Translations under genes and position numbers: made by a program
Part shown: positions 31,189 through 48,300 of the stretch, piece by piece
How positions within the stretch are numbered: the first letter of the stretch is position 1
Layout of the letters: each line of letters opens with the position of its first letter
The notes under the pieces: generated by a model
Databases searched by the model: none
Seen by the model: the letters and a program-made list of their open reading frames with translations, nothing else
Told to the model about the DNA's origin: nothing
From: Cercozoa sp. M6MM
Taxonomy: Eukaryota; Protista; Endomyxa: Ascetosporea
Reading direction: 5' to 3' (one strand)
NCBI GenBank assembly: GCA_040357565.1
Contig: JBDODJ010000054.1
DNA: 64,000 nt

Positions 31189-32461
31189 CTGTCTGTGTGT
31201 CTGTGTGTGTGTGTGTGTATGTATGTGTATGTGTGTGTATGTGTGTGTGTGTATGTGTGTGTAGATACTGGACAAGGACCTTCCGCAAAGCATGCTGCAG
31301 TCTGCCGCTGTGGTGCACTTCCGCAACAGGCTTGTTTCGTGTGTGTGCTTGTGTGAGTGTGCTGGTGTCTGGGCAGAACTATCGTCGTCGTGCACGCCGT
31401 CATGATCGTAGGGTACCGCTGCTGCTGTCCTGACTTGTCCTCTCGTTCTTTGTAACCCTTCCTTCCCTCCTCCATCCTGGCTCGCCTGCAGAAGGACAAG
31501 CGCGACCGCTCGCCGTCGGTGGTGCCGCTGGAGAATGTGTTCGAGTTCGATCGCTCGAGCGACAAGTTCCTCCTGTCGCGTCTCAGTCAGGACAACGACG
31601 AGGTAGCATCCTTAAACACACTCTTCGCTCCTTTAACAACACACACCGCCCCTTTAACCAAATTCGCGTATACACAGGAAGCAAGTGCCTCGCCGGACAA
31701 GGTTCGCATGATCTGGCCGCCTCGTGTACCGCACCCGCGTCGCGAGAAGGTACATCAACTGCTCTACCCCTACCCCTTTACTCCCACCCCTTTACTCCCA
31801 CCCCTTTACTCCCACCCCNNNNNNNNNNACCCCTTTACTCCCACCCCTTTACTCCCACCCCTTTACTCCCACCCCTTTACCCACCCTTTACCCACCCCTA
31901 GTCCCTTATTCCTCTACCTTCCCTATATATTGAAGGACACGGTGGAGTTCGTGCGACACGCACCACGCATCGCCGACAGCGTGCGTCGTGCGCTGCGCCG
32001 GCAGAGCGATCCCGACCGCAACGACTCCAAAATGCAGCGCGACTTTGCTGATCTGGTAGGTCAACCAACACTCTCACGCCCTCCCTCAGGTAGTCAATCT
32101 ACCCCCCCCCCCAGGTGCATCGGATGCTCGACTTCTCGCCGTCGCGACGGATCAGCGCTGCTGATGCGCTGCGGCATTCCTTCTTCCAGTAGCACAGCGA
32201 ATTGAACCCCCTCCACCTGTGCCACTTACCTCCGTGTGGGGAGCAGAGTTAAGGAACGCCGCTCTCGCTCGCGTTCCACGATGGCCTCCTCGCGCAGCGG
32301 TGCGCGTCGGAGTCGAAGCCGCAGCAGGTGCCTTGTCCACCCTCGTGATGTGTCCATATGCCGATGTGTATCTGTGCAACGGCAGACGTCGTCGCAGTCG
32401 TAGCAGAAGTCACCGTCGCAGTCGCCGTGGCACTGACACGTCGTCGCGCGACCGGCGTTAA
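29819..32461 (+). CDS. CLK: LAMMER/CLK dual-specificity kinase with C-terminal RS domain
   Basis: GVGTFG, AIKIVR, THTDIKPENVLL, IDFG, VNTRQYRAPEVILGLPWS, LFQTHEDHEHLALMERIL. Two extra in-phase exons at 32247-32327 and 32386-32461 encode RS repeats. Confidence 0.9.
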
Positions 32462-33079
32462 CCCACTAAGCCTTTGGTTGCGTCAAGGCGCAAAAAAGGA
32501 TGCGAGACTGCGTCATCGCGCTAAAGATATCTCGAGATTGAGCGGTACAAGCTCGTATGCTTCCATCATTTTTGAAATCGCGATCTATCGCTTGTCCGAG
32601 CAGAGCGTCCGGTTACGTTAGCAGGTGCTGCGCTGTACCGTGAGTTTGTTGCAAGACCGCCAAATGCAAATCTTGGTGGAGACAAAGTAAGAATGTGAGG
32701 TCGTTTTAAACAGTGTTCGTCCGACGTCCCGTAAAACTGAAAGATATTAGAAGAGAGATTACCCAAGGTAAAGCCGTCGTTACACCTGATATCTGGAAAG
32801 AGGGCTGTTTCTAGTCTAGAAAGGCTGCTCGCCACTCTGGGCAACACTTAATTGTTAAGTGACCAGCTCACTTCTCGTCTTACATTTTAGCAAAAAATTT
32901 AAGCTTCAGAAGAGGCGAAACAGCGGATGTGCCGCTTTGCGCGATAGGTGGTGTATAAAACACCGGTTTTATTTTGGGAGACACAGATACTCAGTGTCTC
33001 CACGGAGCAAGACGGAAACACGCCATTCTCCCGAGAAGCGAAGGCAACAGGAAGACTTCCGACGCGAGGCGCAGAAGAC

Positions 33080-33605
<526 letters not shown>

Positions 33606-33697
33606 TGTTTTTTAACGCGAAAGGTCGAGCTGGGAAATTTCTCTGACCTGGCCTGAAAGAAGAGTCCCTTGCGTCAAAACAGTTCAGTGTGCCAGAG

Positions 33698-33827
33698 CTG
33701 ATTGGTCAAAGTTGCCGAGTGTGCCACCATTTTACCAAAAAACTATCTATAGTGCATTTTGTCTGCTCTAAGTTTGCTCACCAACGCAAAATACCACTTA
33801 GATTGCTCCAGCAAGCTATGATTGGCG
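33698..33827 (-). promoter_or_regulatory. Two CCAAT boxes upstream of histone H3
   Basis: TGATTGG at about 33699 and 33819 (CCAATCA on the sense strand), roughly 95 and 215 nt upstream of the ATG. CCAAT boxes are typical of histone promoters. Confidence 0.45.
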
Positions 33828-34659
33828 TTAAAGCACTCCAATAATGTGAAAATGTCTTATCTTTGTTGGATTCTTAAGGGAGCTTGGTTACTTCGCATGT
33901 AATCTTTTCGGTTTTTCGCCAGCCGTAGTTCGTCTAGCGGGGCATAGACTCACTCGCATAGGTTTTATTAAACATGAGCATCTTTTGCTGCCTCCATGTG
34001 CCTCAACTCGCCCAAAACAGTGCAACGTCCCCTCCGCGACAAAAAACTCTCCAAGAGACCCCCATTCTCAAAACACATGCTTTCGTCGGTTAAACGGCTG
34101 TTTTGTCGTTTTCCTTTGTCTCCCCACATTTTGGGGCACTCGTGCACGCCAGGGCGAAGTGCCCCGCCGCAGCACGATTTTTGTCGTAAAAATGTCGTGT
34201 TCCCCGAAAATCAGGCAGAAACCGGGCCTGCTGATACACACTTTCTTTTCTAGAGTTCACGAGAGACAATCTGCACGCTGCAACATCCTGTTCTGGGCGA
34301 GAGCTGTTGCTGCGACTTTTGGCGATGCCACAAAAAGAACTAAAGAAGTAAAAGTCCGGATCAAATGACGACCGACGTTGAAAATATCCACGAAGCGAAG
34401 AGCGCTGCATCGAAGTTTACCCCAAACAGGTTTAACGCAGACGCTTAAAAGTTGTTGAGGAAGAACTGATCTTTGGGCAGAGGTATATTTGTGTTGCGTG
34501 TTCGCGTCGTACAGCCTGGATCTAAATTTTGTTCTAAATCAACAGAGCCACTGAACACCAAACTCCAAACTTTAAACTTTTTTCACAACTGAGGGTTATT
34601 TTCCGCGCGGAGCACTCGGTTCGATTGACTAATAGTCAGTAGTTCAAACAGCAATAGAG

Positions 34660-37349
<2,690 letters not shown>

Positions 37350-37647
37350 CCGTTGCCCCAAGCGGAACATTTAGTGATTTATACACTTTACGCACACACC
37401 CCCACACTCGTGTGGCAACCTTTTAGGCTTTCTTGCATCCTCTTCACGCATTATTGTAGCCACTTTGGTCGGCAACACTGTTGCAGTTGTTGATCACGGA
37501 TCAAACCGCCTTCGTTTTACTTCGGCTGGCAGAGGACAACGCGTATTTTGCAGCTCTTAAACGCGTTCTTGCTGTGTGGGGCTTCGATCGCTGCATCCCA
37601 CAGGTGCGCCAAAAACACCAAATTTTCAGTTTTCAAAAACTGCCAAG

Positions 37648-39173
37648 ATGACCTCCCACGTACATCGAGACAAAGTCGAAAAGGTAAGACTGATTCCGCT
37701 GCCAGCAGACTGGCGTTAACTTTGTGCCCACTGGCTTAGGCATTATCGGAACATGGCATATCGCAAGCTCGTTTGGTTAGTGTCGGCACGCTAAATGACA
37801 TCGTATATCTTAGTGCCATTTTGGTTGCCTCTGTCTGACCGAGACACCACTTCGTTAGGTGTACTACGAGTGCGAGTTGAGAAACTCTTCGCTGATTTGG
37901 AACGTGTTTCGACGGTTCCAGGACTTTGAGGTACTCCAGTACTCGCACATAGTTGAAAGGCATCAAAGTCATATCTTGTAGACACTGAGGGAGAGTCTGC
38001 GTACCACGGGACAGCTGTACCTACGCGAGATCCGCAAGCGAACGCCGCCAAACGAGCCGCCGTTTCCTACAAAGGTATCGAGCATGTCCGTGCTGTCAAG
38101 GTAAATTACTGTAGATTTACAACAGTGATGTCTATGTTGTTGCAGGCCAGCAAGATATGGACTGACCACTTAAGTGCCAGTCTGGTGCACGAGCGGCACG
38201 TACTGTTGAACAACTTTCTGCAGTTTGCGACGTCGGCGACCTTTGTGCAGACACCGGCCGTTGTCGACTTCGTGCTGCCGAACAGCACCGACAATTGTGT
38301 AACTATGTTTTACCAGTTTTACCTGCCTGGGTAGACATCGTTTCGCTGTGCCGGCGTTGTGAGTGCAGAAGAGACTGACGCCGCTGAAACTGTCGGCAGG
38401 CGCGTGCCAACATCGTGAAGATGATTGTTTCAATATCAGGTAAACTAAATCTGCGACAACCACTGATGCTATACTAAATCTATCGATAACGAGAAACCGG
38501 CAGTGAAAGTGAAAGCGACGGTGATGACGGTTGTAAAGTGCACTGCACCTTGCCGTCTGCAGTTCGAATGACGAATCGCGCCACTGCCTTTCGCAGTGCA
38601 AACGAGGCAGTCGAAATTGGACGCGCTTAAAACGTTTCTCTGACTTTGTGCGATTTGACGCCTCTCTACGTGGTTGCTTTCCGCTTTCAAATTTGTTTGG
38701 ATGTGTACCTGGTGGGACATCTCTCTGCTTTACCTGTGCTTTAACTGCACCGTGCTTCCAGAGGAACTCACACTGGCCGGCATACCGACGTCTTTGGTTT
38801 ATTGCCGACGCTGCCGAGCCGGCAGCCAAAGCTATGTAGACTATTGATATCCTCCCCTGTGCAGCATGTCCATGTATTGCACTGACACTATACGTATGAA
38901 AGTAGTGATCAATCACCAAGACGCCAAGTTTATTGAACGACGTCGCTTGTGTTAGCATCTCTTTGTCTCTCACTGTGTCGAACCTGCGTGGTAGTGTTGA
39001 AATCATGCTGTGTGCTGGTTGCAGTGTTGCAAAGCTACCTCTGTCGCATTCTGCGCCTGGGAGAAACTGCCAACAGTGTTACGGTACAGTTTACCTTGTA
39101 ACCCTTCATGGTGCGCGGCAGTGTTTAAGTTAATATTTCACCGCCTCAGACTGCACGGTTTCTCGACTTGTGA
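37648..39173 (+). CDS. Small tandem PX-PX domain protein (sorting-nexin-like)
   Basis: PX1: VYYECEL..WNVFRRFQDFE..PPFPTKASKIWTDH..ERHVLLNNFLQ..VVDFV. PX2: WTRLKRFSDFVRFD..LPTLPSRQPKL..HQDAKFIERRRLLLQSYL..ARFLDL*. Confidence 0.8.
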
Positions 39174-39396
39174 GAGAATCTACATCTAATTGTCAGTTAA
39201 GACGACTGGCCGCACATCTATGTCGACTCTACAGTAGCGGCGTGGGCGACTCAAATCGCCCGCTTTGACGGACGGAGACCGGTTTGCACTGGCAGTTCGC
39301 TAAGTTACTATCTCACGTCAGTTACAACGCTACTGAACTGACTCATCGCATCATGATCTTAATTGAAGAACGACCGCCTTTTGCTGGTCTGGCTGA

Positions 39397-42300
39397 TTAA
39401 AAGTTCTGCTGCGAACCTCCTGGGCTTCCGGGGGTGTCGTCGTTCACCTACGGCAAATAATGAATGAAGACTCACATTCACAACAACAACTCCGAAGCAG
39501 CGGCATACCTGTTGCTGGACGGCAGCTCGTGCACGTTGCAAATCGTCGCTGGTGCAAGCAGAGACACCGCGTGGACTCGATGGCCGGGACGAAGGGCACG
39601 GACACAACACGCTTGTTTGAAGATCGGCCGGTACGCGCGGCTGTCGACGGAACACAGACTTCATCAAAAAGCCGAGTCACTTTGAGTTAATGTAAAAAAG
39701 TTACATCAGCGGACTGCAGGATGAGTGCTTCCGGAATTGGTGCATCAAAGGGCAGCGCATCGAAAGCTCTCCGTCGTGCCGTGCAGTCGACGATGCGAGA
39801 GTTTTGATTGTCCGGCAGTATGAAACCACACTCCCAGTTGGCAGGGCACGGTAGACAGGGCAACCTTATCACACAGGGAGTTTCGTAGTTCAAACTCTCG
39901 CCCCACAAAAGAGAGGATTTGAAATACCACATCCCAGGCAACGTAAAGGAGCCAACTTCACACGGTGCCACGTACAGTGTCTCTGCGCTGAGTGTGTGTC
40001 CAAGCTTCGACAAATCACTCTCGAGCACTTCTTTCTCGGCCGTTGTGAGCTTGTCTGGAGAAACCAACCTCAATAAAAATGACAAGTACTCAGAGCTCCA
40101 GATTGAAGGAGCGCACCAAATGCTATGCGTAGATCGGACGACATCGCTGAAAGAAAACTCTCGCGCTGCACAATGTCCTGCACGTCGATGCTGAAGGCCG
40201 TGTCGAGACTCTCTTGCCGATTGCGCAGCAGCAGACGATCGGTGGGCGACAACTGACGACTGCGATCGGCGACGCTGCCGTCTTGCAGCAACAGAATGTT
40301 GTTGACGCTGTCTTCCAGGATTTGTGCCCTCGGTATCTACTCACCGGGATAAACTTAAAAGCAACTGAAGGCAATTTAAGTAGAATACCAATTGAGAATC
40401 AAGTCGGATCACTGCAGGTCGCAGTGGGATGCACTGGTAGTTCCGTGGGCAAGGTGTGCACACCTTGCTGACTAGAGCGGCACCATCCACCGCCTTTGCG
40501 CCCGATCCAAACACATCTGGGCAGATAAACCGGTCAATTCAATAGAAGCCATGTGCAGTTGATGTACTTGAGGCAGTGAACGAAGCAGAAGCAGTGTCGG
40601 TGATGCGTCGTCGTGCCAAGACGTCAACACGTTCCATGAAAGCATCGTCAGTGTGTGCACGAGCGAATTGTCCTACGGCACATCGAAAGCGCACGCTCGT
40701 CTGAAACTCTTCGCCAGGCACAAAGTAGGAGGCCACAACAGAGTCGGAGACACTGGGTGCCAGCACTGCCGCCGGCGGTGCTCCGGGGCACGCATGCCCG
40801 CTGTCCACACACACGCTCTCTCACACACACACACCCACACACACACTTACACACACACGCGCTAATATCCACTGTGGCAAGTTCTGATATAGTACTCGCA
40901 GAGTGTGCAGAGAGGAGCGTTGCCCTGTGACCACTGTCCGCGCGGGCACAAGCGACAGAACTGCACGGGTGGTTGCAAGGGGTCGCACATGCCCACTTCT
41001 AACGGACTCAAGTCGCGCAAGTCAACGTCGGTGGCGCACCAAGTGAAAGGCGACACTTGTGCTAACAACGAAGGTGTCGCCTGTAGTGCGCGTTGGATTT
41101 GAGCCGCTCGTGCTTTCAACTGTTCCTCCAGCCGAGCAGTTGGTGGTACTGCACTCACACTCGTTTCACTGATTCAATGGTGAACTCATTCTAAAACTTA
41201 CAGGCTCCACGACGCGGCTCGGGTTCGCCAGTGATCGCGTCGCGCTTCGCAGGCTGCAGCATCTGCGCACACGTGCTGTAGCGATCAACTACTTCCCCGG
41301 GCAGTCGAAACGGAAAGATGCAGGCGTCGTCGGTCACGGTGCGCACGTCGCCAAACACGATCTGCAATCCCGCAGTCGCCAAAGGACGCAGCCACGTCGG
41401 TACACACTGCAGCGGATTCTCTCGCAAGTCAAGCACACGTAGTGCTGGATGTGTTGTCTATCCACACACACACACACACGCCCCCACACACACACAGACA
41501 CATATACACACACACGTACACATAAGAGTCACATAACTGAGTAGAATTTCCGATTCAGGTACCGAGGTAACAAAGTTGCGAGGCAGGTTCTGCAGCAAGT
41601 TGCCACGCAGTGAGAGTCGCGTGAGTTTCGGAAACACCGTTGTGGTCGTTGTCGGAGCTGCTCGTGTGGCAAAGATGCGTGCAGTCACATTGGCCAGTGT
41701 GCGCGTGCGAGCTATCTCGACTTCTTCCAAGCCAGGTGCCATGTCACCCAGCAAACCATCCGAGACCATTCTATTTACCATTAGTTTTATTTTAGCAAAG
41801 AAAATGAGGTTGAGTAAGAAAAGTACCGCAGCGGAACGTCTCGTACGATAAAGCGTCGCACGGTGTCGCCCAAGGCCGGCAAGTTGTTAGCATTTAAGAA
41901 GGCGAGTCCACGCGGCGGCGGCAAGGCAGCGACACTGATGTCGCCTGCATGCGACGTGCGCATCGATGGAACGCCCGACACTGAGAAGTTCGTGATACGA
42001 CTTGGCATGTTGCTTGGCATGCCATTGTCCGAGTAGGTCATGAGTCGGATGTCACGCAGTGCAGGCGACGACAGCACCGACACCGACATGAAAGGTGCGT
42101 CGCCATTGGCAGGCGCCAGTTTCGCTGCCGTCGCCTGGTCGGCCACGCGCAGTTCGAGCGTGTTCAACAGCTCGCAGTTGTCGACCGTGATTCGCGGCTG
42201 TCCTCCCACGGCGAGAGCGAGTGTACGCAAACGCGAGTTGTCGCTCAGGTCGAGTGACTGTAGGCCGGTGAGAGGTATCAGCGAGTCAGTGGTACCCGTG

Positions 42301-45300
42301 AGATTGAGTGACTGTAGACTGTTGTCACTCAGGTCGAGTTCCTCCAGTACTGGTGGCACTGCGGCTGCGATGTGCTGCAGAAGTGAAACACACCACACAT
42401 GCACTCGCTTTGCGCGCAGGAAGTCACGCAGGGGCGGCGGACGACTTGACGTTGACGGAATCGCATCAGGCGTGCGTGCGTAAGCTGTTGCTGCGATTTC
42501 GGCTCTCCTGGCGTCGCTTAAGGGTGTGTTCGACTGTGCCTGGGCCACTTCGACATCAAGTGCCGCCTGAAAGATTCGATCGAGTGGTGCACGAAAGCGA
42601 CGAAATGGCGGCTTCGGCAGCGTGAAATTCTCGCAGCGCTGTTGAGTGGAATTGGTGCCCTTTTCGTGCAGGTCGAGCAAACGAAGTGCGCACTCGTCGG
42701 TCACATTGCGAAATGGAGGTGCAAACCTATCAAAGTCAGTGAGTCGCGGACAGAACTGTGAGATGCACGATTCCGACGACGGCCCGAGCAAGTTTCCCAG
42801 ATTGAAGTAGGTGCAGTTGAATGGCGCATTGTAGCATCGTGCAAGTGTACGCAGATCCGTGTCACCCAATGCGTTTCCTCCCAGATTTAGTTTTCCTATT
42901 CGGTTGCTTTTGGCAGACAAACAAGTCAGTCAGTCAGAGTCAAGTCGCCAGTCAACTGAAACCGCAGAAAATCACAGTATTTACCTCAAAATCTGACAGA
43001 TTGGCGGTTGTCGAATTCCATTGTCACGCAAATCCAACTGAAGTGCAGGAGAACTCGTTTGCAAAACGATAGGGACCAAGTTCTCCGGTTGGGAAAGCGA
43101 TGGCATCAAGTTTGGAGACAGTTGGAAGCCCGATCCGAGAAAGTCAGTGATTCCAAATGGTCTTCGCAGCGGCAGAGCAGATAAATTCGTGTCTTGAGTG
43201 TTTGAACCGTCCTCGCTCACAGTTTCGATCGCAAGTCGCGACCGCTGCTGTCCGGTCAGTTCCATGAGGATGTTCGGCAGGCCAGTTGGCAGTTTGAGCC
43301 GTGTCACATCGACAGCACCAAAGGAAACGACAACGGTGGTGCCGCTCAGCACCACAAAACCTTGGAAGCCAAACAGTGTCAGACCATCCAGAACATTGGA
43401 CCCTGTCCCTGAGCTCCCAAGTCAAGGATCTGCAAAGCACGGGCGCCGTTGAGGTTTCGGTTGAGATTTTGCGAGAGCGAGACTCGACTCAAATCGTTGT
43501 CTCGCAGGTCAAGGAGGAAAAGATTCTCGGGGAGTGCTCGCACAACAAAGCGTCTGCCACCTCGGTTTCGAAGGGAATTTCGAAGCGACAAGGCCGACAG
43601 TTGGTCCATACCAACTAGCGAATCCTCTCCGATCGAGATGTCATTGTCATCCAACCCGAGCACCTGCAGCAGTGGCCACTGCGCGAACACGTTGCCGAAG
43701 CGCAGCGAAGTCGACAGTCCGGTATTGCTCATGTCCAACTGACGTAACAGTGGGTTTGCTGTCGGGGATATGATACGCCTCACTCTGCTTTCATCGAGAA
43801 GTCGCAGCTGCGGATTTCCTCCCAAGAACAGGGCTTCCAATGCGCGTTGATTCGAGAATCCGAAGGAAAGACTCTGCAGTCTGTTGTTGGCCAGATTAAC
43901 CACTCTGAGAAGCGGCGCATCGCGGGGGTCAAACTGCTCGAGAAAATTGTTGGAAACAGTCAGCACTTCGAGTTGATTTCCCAGCGACAAAAGTAGTGCA
44001 CGACTGAGACTTCCACTTAATCGATTGTCATCGAGGTACAAGGCCGTGATGTTCGTTCTCCATGTCAGTGGCACCGCATTGACCGAGAAAGTGCGCAGTG
44101 CGTTCTCTTCAAGTGCCAACACTCGCACCGGAGAGTTTGTGAGGTTTACGAAAGCACTAGCCGGGAAGCGAGTCCACCTTGCATTTCGCAACACGAGAAT
44201 ATCGAAACGATCGGTTGCTGCAAAGCGCAGCATCGACGCATCTTCTGGCACACAGCCACCTGGGCCTGCCTCCTCCGTGATATCCTGTTCTTCGGGTATC
44301 GAGCACCTGGTGCCTGGCACGAGCTGCGCGATGCGCCACGTCTCTGGAATGGGTGTGTTCCACTTCACAACCGGGCTCCAGAAACGCTATTAATACCAGT
44401 AAAACTGAATTGTTTACCCAAGTGCATTCAAGTCAGCCTTCTACGTAAATTTACCTGTTGGACAACTGTGAGCGTCGTATTGGAAGCCAGACGACGCAAG
44501 GCATCTGTCGCATTCAAGAACGGCAGTTCTCGAGAAGCACGGCCGAGGAAATTTGCAGTCGCGTTGTGTGCATCGCTTATAACTGTGGCACCTGGCGCAG
44601 GTGTCTGCTTGGATACGACTTAAACCTCACTGAACATGATACAAAACTCGTCATACCGAAGAAAAGATAAAGGTCGAAATCTCCGGTGGTGTAGGAGCAG
44701 GTGTTGTCGTGTTGATCGCAAAGGTTGTGTTTGGATCTTGAATCGTGTCGAGCTCACCGGGATTCAAGTCGATCTCGCCAGCAGAGCCAGTCACATTGAA
44801 ATCAACAGGGCGTGGTACAGTTCCGAGTTGTTGACACGGCGGAGGAGGTTGCGAGAGGAAGGACGGCAACTCAAAGACTCGTAGGTTGCTCTGTATGGTG
44901 TCGAACCACATGGGACGACATCTGAATGTGTTCCCACTCAGACGGAGTTCCTCAAGAGTGTCGATTGCAGCGATCTGTGCGTCCAGTTCGGTGAGACGAT
45001 TGTCGCGGAGATCTAGCACCCGCAGCTCAGCCTGTGCGGCAGCAAGTGCCGGTGCCACGAACTGCAGCGCATTGTTGCGCAACTCGATCACTTGCAGCTT
45101 GGTCGTCACTCGAAACAAGTCGTCCGTTAGTGAGCGTAGCATGCAGTTGTTGCAACGAAAGACGCGCAAATCACGGTGCTCAGACAGCAGGTCACGAGGT
45201 AGACCTCCGCCCTAAAACAGACACTCCACTCACTCGACGAAATCTACTTGAAGGCAGGTGTTTGTACCTGCGGGGTCAGCAAAGCGTTGCCGGAGAAGTC

Positions 45301-48300
45301 ATTGTTACTCAGTGTCACCGAGCGAAGGGACCTTGTGTTGGCAAAGAAGTCAGGCGCCAGTTGAATCGGCTGTAGAGAGAACCATGGCAGTCTCTCGCCC
45401 AAAAAACGAAGCAGTGTCGTGGAAGGCGGTATTTTCGACTGAGGTGATAACACCAGACCCGAGGCATTGCCTGTGACTGGTACTCCCAGGTCGAGCGTCG
45501 TTACTGCAGCACCAAGGTCTACCGCAAACACTGCACTCTGAATAAAGCGCGCCTGCCTCCTGCCGTCAGCGTCGGTTAGAAAGAGCGAAGCCACCGACGC
45601 TTGCATTCCTGATTGAGAGACATCGGCCCCAATCTCGGCACTCGAGGCATTGTCTAGCTGCAGGTCAAACAACCCCGGACACCGAGGGTCTCCACTGCTG
45701 GGACAAGCGATCACTGGCAGCAGCAGAGGTGCACGAGGTGGCACTGCGTCAGCTGCCGAAGCCCGCTGGAGCAGAGGCCGGACCGCGAGAAAGCCGGCTC
45801 CCGTCTCGGCGTTTTTCGTCTCGAGCGACACTGTTCGCAGCGCGCCGAATAGCAGCGGAATTGAAAAGGACCATTGCTTCGCATCGAACGCTGCCTGCAG
45901 GACGCTTCTCTGCAATTCACTCACAAAGTCGGCCGCCAGCACTTCGGGCATACTGCGCACAAAGTCGCTGCTGACGGCGTCGGCGGAACCGACCACTGGC
46001 GCGAAGTCTTCCAGCGTCGCCGGTCGCGCTGTGTCCACCAGACAGAACAATGTGGCGGCTGCCACAGCGTCGAACATACGAGAATAGTCAAGTGAGCCAC
46101 AGGACCATGTCAACTCGTCCGCGCGGATTGGCAGTGCCTGGACTGACACTACAAAGTCGGCCTGCGCAAGTCGAGTTCCACTAACTGTCGCGTTGCTTCC
46201 AGGTGTCGGAGCTGTCGTTGTTGTCGTCATGCCGTCACCTCGCAATCGTGCCGTAATGAAGAGCAGTCCTTTGAGACGAGGCGCCAGCGCACGAAATTTG
46301 AAGCTAAACGCTCCAAGCTCACCTTCGATCTTGGAGACATCGGTCACTTGCATGCGCACATCGCCAGTCTCACTGATAAAACGCACCTCGGCGCCAGAGA
46401 AGGCGTCTGCCGAGGCAGGGATAGCAGTCACCAGGAAGCAGATCACGGTGCCTCCCAGGTCCACGAGCGGGGACTGCGTCTGTTCTCCAAGGCACCGAAT
46501 GCGCACTTGATCTGGTTGTAGAGGTACGCGAGGCACCACGGTCAGTTGTTGCGCCGGCTGCGACAGAGGTGCTCTGCCAAAGGACAGGCGACCAGTGAGA
46601 TCAAAGTCTACGCCGGCGACTTGCATGGCAACAGCCATCGACATCGATTGTGACGGTGTCATGCTTCCTGCATTTGTACCATAATACAAGCATAAGGCAG
46701 AAGGCGCGAGGGGGCAAAGGGGGTAAAGGGTAAAGGGGACGGTAAAGGAAGGATCAGTGTCGGGGTAAAGGAAAACAGGGACTACAGGGTGTACAAAAAT
46801 ATAGTGGTAAAAGGCAAGAGGCAAAGTACCGCTGACAGTGGAAGCAATATCCGATGTGTTCAACGGCAGGTCGCGAAGAACGGTCTCAAAGCGTCTGCCA
46901 ACGCAAAAGCTCCACTTTTGATTGCGAAGTGACTCGTCGCGTCTGTCATCCACCGAGAACTCTTTTCCATTCAGCGCCGGGTCAATCACGCACCAAGGCG
47001 ACTGCTCGCTCGAGTTTGAATCGGTGCTGCCTGTGACGGGAGGGTTCCCAAGTGTCGTACATCCACGTATCACGGCCGAGCCGATGCGAAAGCTGGCAAC
47101 ACATGGCATTCCTGCCTCGGTACTGGGCGGGCGGCAGAAACGAATGCGTCCGATGAGACCGTCGAACTGGCCTTCCACCACACTGCCATTTGCCAGGCGA
47201 ACACGCGGAAACGGCACCTGGGTCGGACACCACGGCTCTCCGATGATCCGATCGGAGCACGTGTTGTTAAACAGGAAGCGTCTGTTCTCGTCCACCACGG
47301 TGAAAGGAAAGATGCAGCCGTCGGTGGCTGCGTCTCCTGTGGACGAGGTGAGCGACGTGACCTGTCTCACCGCAGGGGCCTGTGTTATCGTCAGTTGCAT
47401 TGTGCGCTCGTTCACCCTCATCGACACTGGTGGCACCGCAAAGTCCGACACCGACGCATCTGTAAAAGCATGGACAAGCAACAAACAGAGTATCGTGCAA
47501 CCCCTCCCCTTAACACATAGAAGAACTCACCCTGAATGGTGTCGAAGACACAGCGAACGCGCTCACCTCTCGCAATACTTCGCTCGCCTCCTCCAAAACC
47601 CTTGGCAAAAAAGGGGGACATATACCCTCGAACTTGCACAAAAAGGAATCCTCAGGTACCCGACAGGTGAGAGTGGCCTCATCAGGCGAGATCTGGGTAG
47701 TCACCTGCCACGTCGCACTAGCATCGGCCTCGACGACTTCTTCCCGGCCTCGGATCAGCGGAGTTGCCGTCTGCTCTCCGGGAGACAGCGCCGTTTGGAT
47801 GCTGACGCGGAAGAAGGTGTCATTAACGCGTGAGGCTGGCTCCACCACACTGGGCGGTTCCAAGCGAATTGCCGGGTCGCCAAACGCGGTCGCTGACACG
47901 GATTTCGTCGTTCTCAGCTGGCACACCATGTCCGCGTTGGGAGGTGCTCGTGTCACCGCGGTGTCTCCAAGCGTACCGTCGGAATTCGCGGCGACACACT
48001 CAATCTCGACGTCGCCTTTGCCGAGCTCGCGCGAACGCAGGCGCCGCACGGCGTTGTCGACCCAAAAAACGAGAGCGAAAATCGCAATAGCCAGGATTAG
48101 GGTCACGAGTAGTAGGATTAGAATGCGCTTTCGGTACTCCTGGCGTTGGGTTTTCTTGAGACGCTTCATGAGCCACTGCTCATCTCGCAGTGCGATCAGA
48201 AGGCGCGAACGAGCTCCACGCAAAGGAAACGGCGGCTCTCGGGGTCGAATCGAGTCTGGGAGCGAGGCACGTAGTCGCTCAAACGGGAGGTGCGAGGCTC

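Noticed and set aside
33960-34600. Possible small gene upstream of H3
   Set aside because: I could not build a coherent spliced frame or recognise a motif.
38170-39006. 278-aa minus-strand ORF
   Set aside because: It is antisense to the PX-PX gene, whose motifs and splice phases are coherent on the plus strand.
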